This document shows, in pieces, positions 49,601-61,960 of a stretch of DNA of 64,000 bases (position 1 is its first letter; every line of letters begins with the position of its first letter). The stretch spans positions 186,001 to 250,000 of the forward strand of contig NIVC01000103.1 of NCBI GenBank assembly GCA_002269645.1, written 5' to 3'. The notes beneath the pieces are model-generated. The model searched no databases and was not told where the DNA came from. It saw nothing but the letters and a program-made list of their open reading frames with translations. The position numbers were made by a program, and so were the translations under genes. The DNA comes from Macrostomum lignano (lineage: Eukaryota).

Positions 49601-52600
49601 TCCTTAGTTGCTGGGCCAGCCTCCCAGATCCTCAGTTGCTGGGCCAGCCTCCCAGATCCTCAGTTGCTAGGCCAGCCTCCCAGATCCTTAGTTGCTGGGC
49701 GAGCCTCTCAGAGTGTCAGTTGCTGGGCCAGCCTCCCAGATCCTCAGTTGCTGGGCCAGCCTCCCAGATCCTCAGTTGCTGGGCCAGCCTCCCAGAGTGT
49801 CAGTTGCTGGGTCATCACAATCACCTTCTCACGTTCTCAGATGTTGGGTTGTCAAGTTGCCCCCTAGTCATGTGGCAGCTCGCTTGAACTTATCTGTTTG
49901 AATTAGAATATGATAATAATTTTTACAGGATTTTTAACGTAGCGAAACGGCTATCCAGGGTTTCCAGGTGCTATCAGTAGTCCAACTGAACTGCAAGTGA
50001 AGTGTACAAAGTGTAACAGGGTTGTTATTGAGCTTTTGGGTCACGCTGTTTAGCTTTTAAGCGAATAGTGAAATGTAAGTTGGAATGCAGAATCGATAAT
50101 TTTCTGCAGTATTTTTACAGAAAACAACCTAATTAGTTTAGAGCAACTTTACTAAGCAAGACCAGGAGACTAGCATGACCGATGTACATTCGATGCTGTC
50201 ACCTGATTCCATTTAGACTAACAAGTTTAACTAATAAAGTTTCCATGCATTAACCGCGTGAAATTTCGCCAAGCTGTTATGAAATTGGGAAAGTCGTATG
50301 CACGTAGCTTTTACAGCTTCTATTTTTAATTAGTGTCTGGCATAGTCTGCCATTATGGCGGGTTTTGGGTTCGTGTACAGAGCAAGTACTGCGTGACCTT
50401 GTTTAACTCTAACTGGGGGTGTCTGGTAATGGTGGTAACTTAAGCTGGGAATTCCCTCGTCACGCAGTATTCTCGTGCTCTTGCATAGTTTGTTGGCTTT
50501 GGTACCTTGCCCTGCTTTGCACTTTTATGCTGTTGTAGTTAGCTGAAGTGAGTCAGTGGCCACTTGTTTGAATTTCGTGTGGAAAGTAGTCTTCAACGCA
50601 ATCAAATATTACCTAGTTAGCAGAGACCTACTAAACCAGAGGGTCACCAGGGACTCACTGAAGAATCTGAGGGTCACCAGGGACTCACTGAAGAATCTGA
50701 GAGTCACCAGGGACTCGCTGAAGAATCTGAGGGTCACCACGGGCTCTCTGAAGAATCTGAGAGGCACCAGGGATTCGCTGAAGAATCTGAGGCTCACCAG
50801 GGACTCTCTGAAGAATCTGAGTGTCACCAGGGATTCGCTGAAGAATCTGAGGGTCACCAGGGACTCGCTGAAGAATCTGAGGGTCACCACGGGCTCTCTG
50901 AAGAATCTGGTGGTAACCAGGAACAATCAGTGAATCGCAGTGACCCAGTGAACAATCAGTGAGTCAGCAGTGACCCAGTGAACAATCAGTGTGCCAGCAG
51001 TGACCCAGTGAGCAATCAGCGAGTCAGCAGTGACCCAGTGAGCAATCAGTGAGTCAGCAGTGACCCAGTGAGCAATCAGTGAGTCAGCGTGACCCAGTGA
51101 GCAATCAGTGAGTCAGCGTGACCCAGTGAGCAATCAGTGAGTCAGCAGTGACCCAGTGAGCAATCAGTGAGTCAGCGTGACCCAGTGAGCAATCAGTGAG
51201 TCAGCAGTGACCCAGTGAACAATCAGTGAGTCAGCAGTGACCAAGTGATCAATCAGTGAGTCAGCAGTGACCCACTAAACAATCAGTGAGTCAGCAGTGA
51301 CCCAGTGAACAATCAGTGTGCCAGCAGTGACCCAGTGAGCAATCAGCGAGTCAGCAGTGACCCAGTGAACAATCAGTGAGTCATCAGTGACCCAGTGAGC
51401 AATCAGTGAGTCAGCAGTGACCCACTAAAGAACGAGTGTTAACAGTGAATTAGCAAATGGAGTCAACTACAGATCTGAACCCATCATTGCATCTCACCAA
51501 TTATCCCCCCAGACCGTCAGCCAAGTCCCTGACAGTGTGGCAGTGCACCGTTGACACCTGGCGTCGTGGCGGCTTCTTCGCCTTCTTCAAAGGCATTCAA
51601 GCCTCCTACATCGGCATAGTGGAGACTTCGCTTCAGTTTGTACTCTACGAGCATCTCAAACGAAGCTTAATGCAAATGTCGCGGGGCGCTGATTCCAGCG
51701 CTAATCGTGATTTGACTTTAACTAGCGCCGACGATGTCCTTTACTGCACTCTTGCTAGCGGCATATCAAAGACTGTGTCCACTGTTACCTGCTATCCGCA
51801 CGGTGAGTTATTGGTTTAATTGCCAAACTGGAAATGTCGGACTGGCATCTTATGAGCTGGCTTTATTAGCGTCAGACATCACTGATACCCTGTTAACCTC
51901 CTCCCCTGACACCTTGTTGACCTCCCTCCCCTCCCCTGACACCTTTTTGACCTCTCTCCCCTCCCCTGACACCTTGTTGACCTCTCCCCCCTCCCCTGAC
52001 ACCTTGTTGACCTCCCTCCCCTCCCCTGACACCTTGTTGACCTCCCTCCCCTCCCCTGACACCTTGTTGACCTCACTCCCCTCCCCTGACACCTTGTTGA
52101 CCTCTCTCCCCTCCCCTGACACCTTGTTGACCTCTCTCCCCTCCCCTGACACCTTGTTGACCTCCCTCCCCTCCCCTGACACCTTGTTGACCTCACTCCC
52201 CTCGCCTGACACCTTGTTGACCTCTCTCCCCTCCCCTGACACCTTTTTGACCTCTCTCCCCTCCCCTGACACCTTGTTGACCTCTCCCCCCTCCCCTGAC
52301 ACCTTGTTGACCTTCCTTCCCTCCCCTGACACCTTGTTGACCTCTCCCCCCTCCCCTGACACCTTGTTGACCTTCCTTCCCTCCCCTGACACCTTGTTGA
52401 CCTTCCCTTCCCTTTCCTGACACCTTTTTGACCTCTCCCCCCCTCCCCTGACACCTTGTTGACCTTCCTCCCCCCCCTGACACCACTGTGGTCTCCCCTC
52501 CCCTGATACCACTGTAGTCTCCCCCCTGACACCATTGTGGTCTCCCCTCCGCTGCGCGGATAGCAGTGTTTCAGTTTCAGTATTCAAATTTAATTTTCAC

Positions 52601-54578
52601 TCCCTGCGTAATTGACAGGTCACGTGATTTCAGTTAGATATTCCACCCCATAGCTGTGTGGGTGTGGCACATAGCAAAGAATACAAATGGAGGGTGTGTT
52701 TCGCTTTCAGAATTGGCCTTGAATGTTCTGAATTTAATGGGTTAGAGAGAGAGAGAGCGTCAGGACAAGGGGAGTGCCGCACTGGCGCACACACCTTTCG
52801 TTTCGCATATTGCGTTCAATTAAAGTTCGCTCGCACTCGCTCTGCTCTGTATCGCATTTACTAGCGTAGCTGTGTTCAGCTAAAGATATCGACTATTCGA
52901 TTGCATTACAAATATTTTAGTAGTACTGTGGTCTGAGATTCGGAGTTCTCATTTAAAATAATAATTTAGTATAGGAGAATCACGAGTCTGTCTACGCTGG
53001 TTCTGTCTCACTGCCAGAGTACAGTCGGTGTACGCAAAAATGCATTTTTGAGTTTGGCTGCCCACATAATAGGAGAGAGGAATCCAGTCTCAGTTTGATG
53101 CAGACTCAAACTGGTTTTCCACTGCTTTGGAGATGTGAAATCTCTAGCTCTGTAAGCCTCTCCTAGTTTCTAACTAATTGTTTATACTAGATAGACCTTT
53201 TCTTAGGCTAGGAATTATTTGAAAACAATTTTAACTAACGCGCTCATAAGATTGCAAAACAATAAAGCGCGTAAATATAATAGAATAGTAATTAACTTTA
53301 AAGACTAGGAAATAACGCATTTATTGTTGTTTTTCATAAAATTCAAAAGCGTTTCCTCTCCCGACGTCTGATCTGAATCGATAGCAAATGCTTTTTTACT
53401 ATAATCATTCCACATGTTTTTCCCCGAAGTTTCCAGTTTTCATTTTGCTACTAATCTATTTATTGGGAGCCTTATAGTGTACATGTTGGACTTTCAGTCT
53501 AAAAATAGCTTCTTTCCCAGTTGCTCGATATTTACGAACGCTTTCTGGGAAATTTATAAGGGAAAGAAATAGTGGGTGCGTTTTTTGAAGACGTCTTTTA
53601 CTGTACATTTGTTGATTGGCGTTTCCTCATTTGTCCGGATTTTTTTACGTTTTTAGGCCAGAGAAAAGGAGAAGGAAAGGTCGAGGACTCGAGGGCGTTT
53701 AGTGCGGGAAAACATGGGGCCACACCCACCGAAAATTTACGTCAGTCAAACGGAGGGGGCCAGGAAAGAAAAAATAAACTTTCCGGCAGAGGTCTGCTCT
53801 GTACAGGGCGTGCCGCGTCGTATGTACACTGCCTTCGATGTACATTTAAGAAAGCGTCCACTTTGATTAGATTTTCCTTACCCTCCTTTGGAATGGAATG
53901 ATTTTCCTTACCCTCCTTTGGAATGGAATGGCGAAGAGAAGCTAGCTGAACCCCCCGTCGCGTGCGGTCGTAAACCCCCCCACTCCCCGTTCCCCCTTAC
54001 CCCCGATGCCTCCCTTAGCCAGCTATTTTTCTCTTCTCCGTCCCTCTGCACTTTAACCGGCGCTCACGCGACCGGTTTCGCCCGGCCTTGCAGTGACACT
54101 CAAAATGTGGCTAGTGGGTAAAATTGTCTCAGATTTTCTTTTAATATTTTTTTTCGGGCCAGAGAACGGTTAGGCGCTATAGGACAAGTAAAGTCGTCCT
54201 GACCCACCCCTATACTGCACACTCCTTTAGCTGAATAAAATAAATGACACGCGGCAAGTGTTTATAATGTTCGCGATTTAAAATAAAGGACATTGTGAAC
54301 TTTTATTTTCAGGTTTAAGCCATACACTGGTGACCATAAATAGTTACCGTTTTCTTTTTCCGATTACAGAAGTGCTTCGCACGCGTCTACGCCAAGAGGG
54401 CAGCCGATACCATGGCCTGGCCCAGTCTCTGCGCCTCATCGTACACGAAGAGGGCTTTTGGGCATTGTACAAAGGCATGCTAACTCACTTTGTACGCCAG
54501 ATACCCAACACATGCATCGTGCTGACTACGTACGAGGCAAGTCTGCATTTGTTTCGGGCAAAAAATGTTTTATTATAG
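46635..54578 (+). CDS. SLC25A36: Mitochondrial carrier, SLC25A33/A36 (pyrimidine nucleotide carrier, Rim2-like), 4 exons
   Basis: Exons 46635-46669 (MEGSLAHIIAG), 48809-49267 (GVAGTTGALFTSPLEIVKTRLQ...LFKGLTMTIAGVLPSRAIYFGAY...TNPIWYVKTRMQL), 51513-51802 (FFKGIQASYIGIVETSLQFVLYEHLK...TCYPH) and 54370-54578 (EVLRTRLRQEG..Y..L....EEG..ALYKGMLTHFVRQIPNTCIVLTTYE). There are three Px[DE]xx[KR] carrier motifs. A33 versus A36 cannot be resolved from sequence alone. Confidence 0.92.
47957..48253. mobile_element. hAT-type MITE in SLC25 intron 1
   Basis: Perfect 13-bp TIR CATACATGCGCAA / TTGCGCATGTATG. A perfect 8-bp TSD TGTTAGAT lies at 47949-47956 and 48254-48261. Confidence 0.85.
49320..49812. repeat. 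28-bp minisatellite (same family as NCBP2 intron 2)
   Basis: Units CCTCCCAGATCCTCAGTTGCTGGGCCAG, including the CAGAGTGTCAGTTG variant also seen in the NCBP2 array. Confidence 0.92.
50635..50910. repeat. 30-bp minisatellite (SLC25 intron 2)
   Basis: Units GGGTCACCAGGGACTCACTGAAGAATCTGA. Confidence 0.9.
50925..51425. repeat. ~30-bp minisatellite (SLC25 intron 2, abutting the previous array)
   Basis: Units GTGACCCAGTGAGCAATCAGTGAGTCAGCA. Confidence 0.9.
51895..52550. repeat. 30-bp pyrimidine-rich minisatellite (SLC25 intron 3)
   Basis: Units CTCCCCTGACACCTTGTTGACCTCYCTCCC. Confidence 0.92.
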
Positions 54579-56189
54579 TGGAGACAGCTAGCTTGGATAG
54601 CACTACCAGCCTCATCAACTCAAATGAGTTGCTTCTTGTCGCAAAACGAAGCAAAGCGCAACTTGGCGTTGATACACTTCAAATTGATTTTGCTTGTTGT
54701 AATTGCGCAGGAGAATCAATATTTAACTGTAAAACTTTAATTTTCTTGCTTGCTTTACTTACGTGGCAGATGCTTTCTGTTGCATCAATTCATCCATCCA
54801 GTGTCGTTTGTGTTTATTTTATTGCTTTTTTTCCACATATTTTCATAAACCATATCTCTTGCGTTTGTACTAATAATGTAATAAATGATTCTTCCGCTGC
54901 AATAAAATCATTTCAATACGTTTCAGTTCAAGTTATTTTGTTCCTGATCTTACTTAATGCGCTGCTTACTCAAGCTTTTCTGATACCTGTCTGTGAGGCT
55001 GGACTAATTTTATCGATTTTCGATATTGGGGCTATTTCAGATTGGAGGCCAACACCGAAACCTGGTAAAGTTTTAAAGAAAATATTCAAAACCTTCATTT
55101 GATAGCTCTTAACAGTGGTTTGGTTTGCATTGTTGATAGTCTATGCTTTCCTAATGTCCTGAAATTGGTTCACCACCACAACAGACTGCCACAAATTGAA
55201 TGCCGAAACTAAACCCTATCCTAAACCTCCTAAACCCTAAACTAAACCAATCTAAACCCTAAACTAAGCCCCAGTCTTAACCCTAACCTAAATCGTCGGC
55301 AATCCTCCCTCCGGAACAGCAAAGTTAAGTTGGTCTTTGATCTCCCTATGCGCGCTATTCCATATTTGAAAAAAATTGACCTCTCAGCAACCTTGGAATT
55401 TCTGTGTATAAACAAACCAACGATAAGTTCTGTTGGTCTATGTATTAATACTAATATTAGAAAATGCTGAGAAACACACTACTAATGCCAGTAGGAGCTA
55501 TCGTGTTTTTTGTTTATATAATTTGCCGCCTTGATTTACTGTTTCAATTTGTGTCTGAATTGTATAGTTTTCCCTCGTTTTCCTAATGGATTATTTACTA
55601 ATTAATTTCTGTGCAACAGTTGAACTTTGGCGAGAGTCATTGCTTGCGCGCTACTATAAAGAATAGCAGAGTTTGCAACTAACTGTTTTTCTTTCACCTG
55701 TTGCTTGCGGGCAAATTGTCAAAAGAAGAGAAGAAAGATTCCCATCGCGCGTTGCGCCTTGCCTGCCATTTTCCAAGGCTCATTTATCTTGCTTCTATAT
55801 CCGCGACTGACTACTGCTGGCTCTCATGCCTGCCATTTTTTTAGCAAAGGTTGCGGCCAATTTGGTTTTCTGTGTATCCATGTGGTCCCTCTGAGGTCCT
55901 AGCACTGACTGACTCTTTGGACTGACTTTGCAGAGACCAAGCACAATATATTTACAAATATATCTATTATATCTGATAAGCCCATAAAGGGTTTATTGAC
56001 ATCAGCAACTGTGTTTTCATTAATAAACTCTCTCAAGCAGTTTTTAAATATGGTTTTTAACGTCATTTTCTATTTAGATGGAACATCTACTTACTATTCA
56101 CGTGCGACTGCGAGTAGTTTGGGGTGGGTGCGACCTAAAATCAGATAAGATTTATCTGTCTTTCATAGACTCTCCACTCTCTCAGTACA

Positions 56190-56895
56190 TGAATCAGCCT
56201 CTCCGCTCCATCGATACCCATAAATTAGCCTCTCCTCTCCATCAATATCATTGAATCAGCCTCTCTGCTCCATCACCTTGAATCAGCCCCTCGGCTGCAT
56301 CAATATCCTTGAATCAGCCTCTGCTCCATCAATATCATTGAATCAGCCTCTCGGGTCCATCATTTGAATCAACCTCTCTGCTCCATCAATATCATTGAAT
56401 CAGCCTCTCGGGTCCATCATTTGAATCAACCTCTCTGCTCCATCACCTTGAATCAGCCTTTCAGCTCCATCACCTTGAATCAGCCTCTCAGCTCCATCAC
56501 CTTGAATCAGCCTCTCAGCTCCATCACCTTGAATCAGCCTCTCAGCTCCATCACCTTGAATCAGCCTTTCAGCTCCATCACCTTGAATCAGCCTCTCAGC
56601 TCCATCACCTTGAATCAGCCCCTCAGCTCCATTAATATCCTTGAATCAGCCTCTGCTCCATCAATATCCTTGAATCAGCCCCTCAGCTCCATCAATATCC
56701 TTGAATCAGCCTCTGCTCCATCAATATCATTGAATCAGCCTCTGCTCCATCAATATCCTTGAATCAGCCTCTGCTCCATCAATATCATTGAATCAGCCTC
56801 TGCTCCATCAATATCCTTGAATCAGCCTCTGCTCCATCAATATCATTGAATCAGCCTCTGCTCCATCAATATCCTTGGATCGGCCTCTCCGCTCC
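56190..56895. repeat. ~27-bp minisatellite downstream of the neuropeptide gene
   Basis: Units TTGAATCAGCCTCTCAGCTCCATCACC, with CAATATCA variants. Confidence 0.9.
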
Positions 56896-57168
56896 ATCAG
56901 TGCTGAATTCGAAGTCAGTTTATCCAAAAATTTCATGAGTCGTACAGAAAATGAGCGTACAGTAGCTTATGCCTGCGTGAGAGAAATAACTTGCAGCTTA
57001 TTATAGTTTGCCAAGCGCATTACCGCCTCATCAATTGCTGATTAAACAGTTGGTGTATTTTCTCAACCGACAAAACAGGAGCACACAGCGGCGGAGCATA
57101 GCGAATTAAACAGTTTCAATTTATATAGTAGTTTGTCTGCTGTGGAAAATATCTGGCGCAGTGTTCAA

Positions 57169-57483
57169 TCAGCGGGCGCCAGCAGCCGGTCTCCAGACGG
57201 CGCTCTGCCTCTTCTTGCCGAAGCGGAACATCTGGCGCTTGCCGTAGCGAAACATGCCCCGCTTGAGGGCGGACAGGTACTCGGCGCCTGTCATTGGCGA
57301 CGGCTGTTGAGCTGTCCACCACCACGGACGGTGACGGACCGGGGCAGCGGCACGCCAGATGCTTGTTGGACTCTTGACGGGACTCTCCGGTGTGCAGCTG
57401 CAGTTTACAGCGCCGACGGTTAGCAGTGTTGCAACCAGCAGCTGTAGAGCAACTGTGGAACTGGGTCTGGTAAACTCTGGCAT
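57169..57483 (-). CDS. Neuropeptide precursor, FMRFamide-like/RYamide type (predicted GMFRYamide and pQMFRFamide), 104 aa
   Basis: ATG at 57483 is followed by the hydrophobic signal-like MPEFTRPSSTVALQLLVATLLTVGAVNC. The C-terminal region AEYLSAL-KR-GMFRY-G-KR-QMFRF-G-KKR gives two similar peptides, each bounded by dibasic sites and ending in an amidation Gly. Confidence 0.8.
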   Translation of the reverse strand: MPEFTRPSSTVALQLLVATLLTVGAVNCSCTPESPVKSPTSIWRAAAPVRHRPWWWTAQQPSPMTGAEYLSALKRGMFRYGKRQMFRFGKKRQSAVWRPAAGAR

Positions 57484-57949
57484 TCTCGATTGTTCCGTTC
57501 CTGGAAGTCTCAGCGTTGAATCTCTCAAAGCTCTGTGCTCGGCTCTGCTCAACACTTCACTTTTTAAATCGGGGCGCAGAGTTCGGGATTGGCAGCCAAT
57601 CAAACAGAGTGACAGATGGCGGCCTGTGCATAATAATAAAACACATTCTTTGCTTTGTTAATGGCTTCCACATGTTCAACAAATCCAGGCTGTAGAAGTG
57701 GAATTTCAAGTCAACATTACCGGATAATGGACAACTCGGAAAAGCAGCTTTTGGCTCCTTGAGCTCGAGCAGAGAAATGGAAAGGGGCACAATGTGTCTG
57801 GTTTTGATGTTTGTCATGCAATCGTAAAAACCAATGCTTTTAGCTCTGTAATGGCAATGCATGTCTGATCCTCTGCTGCTTGCAGTTCAAATACGCATCT
57901 TTGTGAATTTCTGTCCGGTTTCATTTACTGGCAGGATGGCCAGGAGACC

Positions 57950-58780
57950 ACTTTCAGGTACTTATTGAATGACTAAATTGCAGTTTCAGGCGCTTACTGA
58001 ATGACTAAATTGCAGTTTCAGGCGCTTACTGAATGACTAAATTGCAGTTTCAGGCGCTTACTGAATGACTAAATTGCAGTTTCAGGCGCTTACTGAATGA
58101 CTAAATTGCAGTTTTAGGCGCTTACTGAATGACTAAATTGCAGTTTTAGGCGCTTACTGAATGACTAAATTGCAGTTTCAGGCGCTTACTGAATGACTAA
58201 ATTGCAGTTTTAGGCGCTTACTGAATGACTAAATTGCAGTTTCAGGCGCTTACTGAATGACTAAATTGCAGTTTCAGGCGCTTACTGAATGACTGGAGTG
58301 GAGGTTCAGGTGCTTACTGAATGACTGAAGTGGAGGTTCAGGTGCTTACTGAATGACTGGAGTGGAGGTTCAGGTGCTTACTGAATGACTGGAGTGGAGG
58401 TTCAGGTGCTTACTGAATGACTGGAGTGGAGGTTCAGGTGCTTACTGAATGACTGAAGTGGAGGTTCAGATGGTTACTGAATGACTGAAGTCCAGTTTCA
58501 GGTGCTTACTGAATGACTGGAGTGGAGGTTCAGGTGCTTACTGAATGACTGGAGTGGAGGTTCAGGTGCTTACTGAATGACTGGAGTGGAGGTTCAGGTG
58601 CTTACTGAATGACTGAAGTGGAGGTTCAGATGGTTACTGAATGACTGAAGTCCAGTTTCAGGTGCTTACTGAATGACTGGAGTGGAGGTTCAGGTGCTTA
58701 CTGAATGACTGGAGTGGAGGTTCAGGTGCTTACTGAATGACTGGAGTGGAGGTTCAGGTGCTTACTGAATGACTGAAGTG
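57950..58780. repeat. 32-bp minisatellite, copy 1 (followed by ~105-bp unique tail to ~58890)
   Basis: Units TTCAGG(C/T)GCTTACTGAATGACT + AAATTGCAGT, switching to GGAGTGGAGG units at ~58290. Confidence 0.93.
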
Positions 58781-59199
58781 CACGTGGAGATTTAAATGCT
58801 ACAGAATTCAGAAAAGCTTACTAAATAAACAGGAAATTAGTTTCTGATGTACAAGAAACATGAATTATTAATTAGAAACGTGTATTTATTTAAAACCACG
58901 AGAAGATTAAACTTTCTGCCGGTCAAAGTAAATCTAATTCTATGGCTAAATTGGTAGTATCCGTTCTTGCCGGATGACTATTCTAGGTTTGGACTCTACG
59001 ATCAAACTTACCTGCGCATACAGAGCAGAGCGTACGGCTCGTACACTATACAGAAACTGTGACCAGCGAAACTAAAATAAATTATCTGAATTTGAATTTG
59101 AATTTATCTGAATTTGAGCAAAAGACAATAGCCAAAAAAGTAAACAGAAAGGATGCAAACATACGAGGTAGTTAGTTTTGTATGTTGGAAAGTGGGTCT

Positions 59200-60180
59200 A
59201 TCCAGTCGATACTTCAACGCCGCGAATGCCAGCGCTTGGAAGCAATCGAACAAACTGGACATCCTGGACATCGGCTGCGAAATAAACTGAGCCCCAGGAA
59301 CTTTTTAGCACCTTTTCGTAGGTCTGGGCTGGGCAGGAATGTTGGAAGTAAGTTTGTTAGAATTTTTTTTTGTTTCCCTTTTTTTCTTACCTGGGATTTT
59401 TCTCCGGAAAATGCTGCTCAGGGACTGCAACTGTTTGCAGCATGGAAGTCGGTCGCTTCCTGCCATTTCCAGTTCGCTCTACCAAATCGCGGATGCTGGC
59501 TTCGAGATATTTGATGAAGGTATTCTGGCCACCACAGTTGCAGTACAGAACCCAAGCGTTTTGCACCATTTGAAGGCACATACGCAAACCCAGCTAGTGG
59601 AAACATTTTGTTGTTTTTCTGCCGGCATCATAGGGCTGCAGGGTGCCGTCCAGCATGTCCACTCCACCCATGCAGCGATTGTAAGTTAGCACACTGCGGC
59701 TCTTCTGCACTGCCACATGCTGACCAGCTCGATTGGTCTTGACTTTCTCGGCCTTTGACGCAACGATCTTCGTGTCCAGCAAACACAAGGTCTTGACTCC
59801 ACTCTGCTTTTTCTCGACAGCCTTCACAATCAGAACACGTCTCTTCCTAGCAAAAGCTACATTATTCGGAGCCACTACAGTCTGCCGAAGCTGAGCCGGA
59901 ACTCCTCGGTCTGGCCTCACGGTGCCCGTCAGGAACGTTGAATGGTCGATTAGGAACTGGGACAACCTGTATGATGTAAACCATGATGTCGGTAAATATT
60001 CTGTACCCTTGGTCTAGAATGTCCTTGGTCAGCTCAGCTACATGTACGATTCGCTCACTGAGAGAACGACAAACTTCCGATTTTCTTCTGGAGTTGAGTG
60101 CACAAGGAATTGTTGGAATGTACTGTTTAAAACGAATTCTCAATTTTAGCAGCTTCGCCATCGGCAAACTCCCGTCCTTC
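59200..60180 (-). mobile_element. Degenerate piggyBac-family transposase remnant
   Basis: Frameshifted fragments RFKQYIP, DILDQGYRIFTD and SVLTYNRCMGGVDMLDGTLQPYDAGRKTTK (piggyBac YN..MGGVD..D...Y...RK..KW motif), plus a broken Cys-rich C-terminus near 59230-59300. No TTAA-CCC termini were found. Confidence 0.8.
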
Positions 60181-60694
60181 CTCGCCGTCAGGCCCTTCTA
60201 TGGTTGGAGGATTGTCATCCAGAGCTTCTTCGATACCAACCTCCTCGCCAGGCTCCTCGTCTATTAGGAGGATTCGGGGCTTGCTTCACTTTCAGAGGTC
60301 ATTTAGTCGATCCCAGAGGCAGACGCCATGTACTGTGGGTTATCAGTGAGTAAATACTGACAAATTTAGCGAGAAAAGGCTAACAAAAAGATAGTGAAAG
60401 TGTTACTGTAAGAAAGCTATAGTCTTACTGCAAAGAGGACTTACTGTCTGCGCACAGTTTCCTATGGTAAGCACTGCATACCAAACAGGCAGCAAGTGAG
60501 ACTGCTTTACTGGCTAAAGCGATAGAACTGTTCATTACCTTCCCGTCTAGCGTGTCAGTTTGAGCCAAGCTGGATCAGTAAGCCTAGCCGGCAGGAATGG
60601 GAGTGGCATCCTATACCAGAAAAAATCTATGGTAAGCACTGCTTACCAAGCAGCCGGGAACAGACAACTTATGGATTCTGGATGACCAGCAGAG

Positions 60695-61690
60695 CCGTTT
60701 CAGGTGCTTACTGAATGACTGGAGTGGAGGTTCAGGTGCTTACTGAATGACTGAAGTGGAGGTTCAGGTGCTTACTGAATGACTGAAGTGGAGGTTCAGG
60801 TGCTTACTGAATGACTGAAGTGGAGGTTCAGGTGCTTACTGAATGACTGAAGTCCAGTTTCAGATGCTTACTGAATGACTGAAGTCCAGTTTCAGATGCT
60901 TACTGAATGACTGAAGTCCAGTTTCAGGTGCTTACTGAATAACTGAAGTGGAGGTTCAGGTGCTTACTAAATGACTGAAGTGGAGGTTCAGGTGCTTACT
61001 GAATGACTGGAGTGGATGTTCAGGTGCTTACTGGATGACTGAAGTGGATGTTCAGGTGCTTACTGAATGACTGGAGACCAGTTTTAGATGCTTACTGAAT
61101 GACTGAAGTGGAGGTTCAGGTGCTTACTGAATGACTGAAGTCCAGTTTCAGGTGCTTACTGAATAACTGAAGTGGAGGTTCAGGTGCTTACTGAATGACT
61201 GAAGTGGAGGTTCAGGTGCTTACTGAATTACTGAAGTGGAGGTTCAGGTGCTTACTGAATGACTGAAGTCCAGTTTCAGATGCTTACTGAATGACTGAAG
61301 TCCAGTTTCAGATGCTTACTGAATGACTGAAGTCCAGTTTCAGATGCTTACTGAATGACTGAAGTCCAGTTTCAGATGCTTACTGAATGACTGAAGTCCA
61401 GTTTCAGATGCTTACTGAATGACTGAAGTGGAGTTTCAGATGCTTACTGAATGACTAAAGTAGAGGTTCAGGTGCTTACTGAATGACTGAAGTGGAGGTT
61501 CAGGTGCTTACTGAATGACTGAAGTGGAGTTTCAGATGCTTACTGAATGGCTGAAGTGGAGGTTCAGGTGCTTACTGAATGACTGAAGTGGAGGTTCAGG
61601 TGCTTACTGAATGACTGAAGTGGAGTTTCAGATGCTTACTGAATTACTGAAGTGGATGTTCAGATGCTTACTGAATGACTGAAGTGGAGA
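60695..61690. repeat. 32-bp minisatellite, copy 2 (followed by the same ~105-bp tail to ~61790)
   Basis: Same unit as 57950-58780. Both arrays end in GTGGAGATTTAAATGCTACAGAATTCAGAAAAGCTTACTAAATAAACAGGAAATTAGTTTCTGATGTACAAGAAACATGAATTATTAATT. Confidence 0.93.
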
Positions 61691-61960
61691 TTTAAATGCT
61701 ACAGAATTCAGAAAAGCTTACTAAATAAACAGGAAATTAGTTTCTGATGTACAAGAAACATGAATTATTAATTACAAACGTGTATTTAGGCCAGGACACT
61801 TTGTGATTGCCGTTTCTAAAAGAAAAAACCCTAAAGACTTTAAAACTTGGTTTATTTACGAGGTTCACTGTAACTGTGTGCCTATAAGGCCTAAAAAATA
61901 TTGCTCAAACACGCGAGTATCAGAATTATTGTCATGTTCCGTCAAGCTTAATTACGCCTG

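Noticed and set aside
54458-55102. 214-aa hydrophobic ORF overlapping the SLC25 stop
   Set aside because: It starts in an alternate frame of the last carrier exon and runs through T-rich 3' UTR. It has no recognisable domain, and the hydrophobicity reflects T-richness.
55205-55295. Telomeric repeat / chromosome end (also ~20120-20185)
   Set aside because: These are only short degenerate (T)AAACCCT-like runs, internal and flanked by ordinary sequence. They are more consistent with the core of a small interspersed repeat.
59004-59014. U1 snRNA 5' end (AAACTTACCTG)
   Set aside because: The following sequence does not resemble U1 stem-loops. It is simply the reverse complement of a CAG/GTAAGT donor-like site.
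57950-61690. 32-bp direct repeats resembling a CRISPR array (also the 28-35-bp arrays elsewhere)
   Set aside because: The units are head-to-tail with no unique spacers, there are no cas genes, and the context is a spliced eukaryotic genome.
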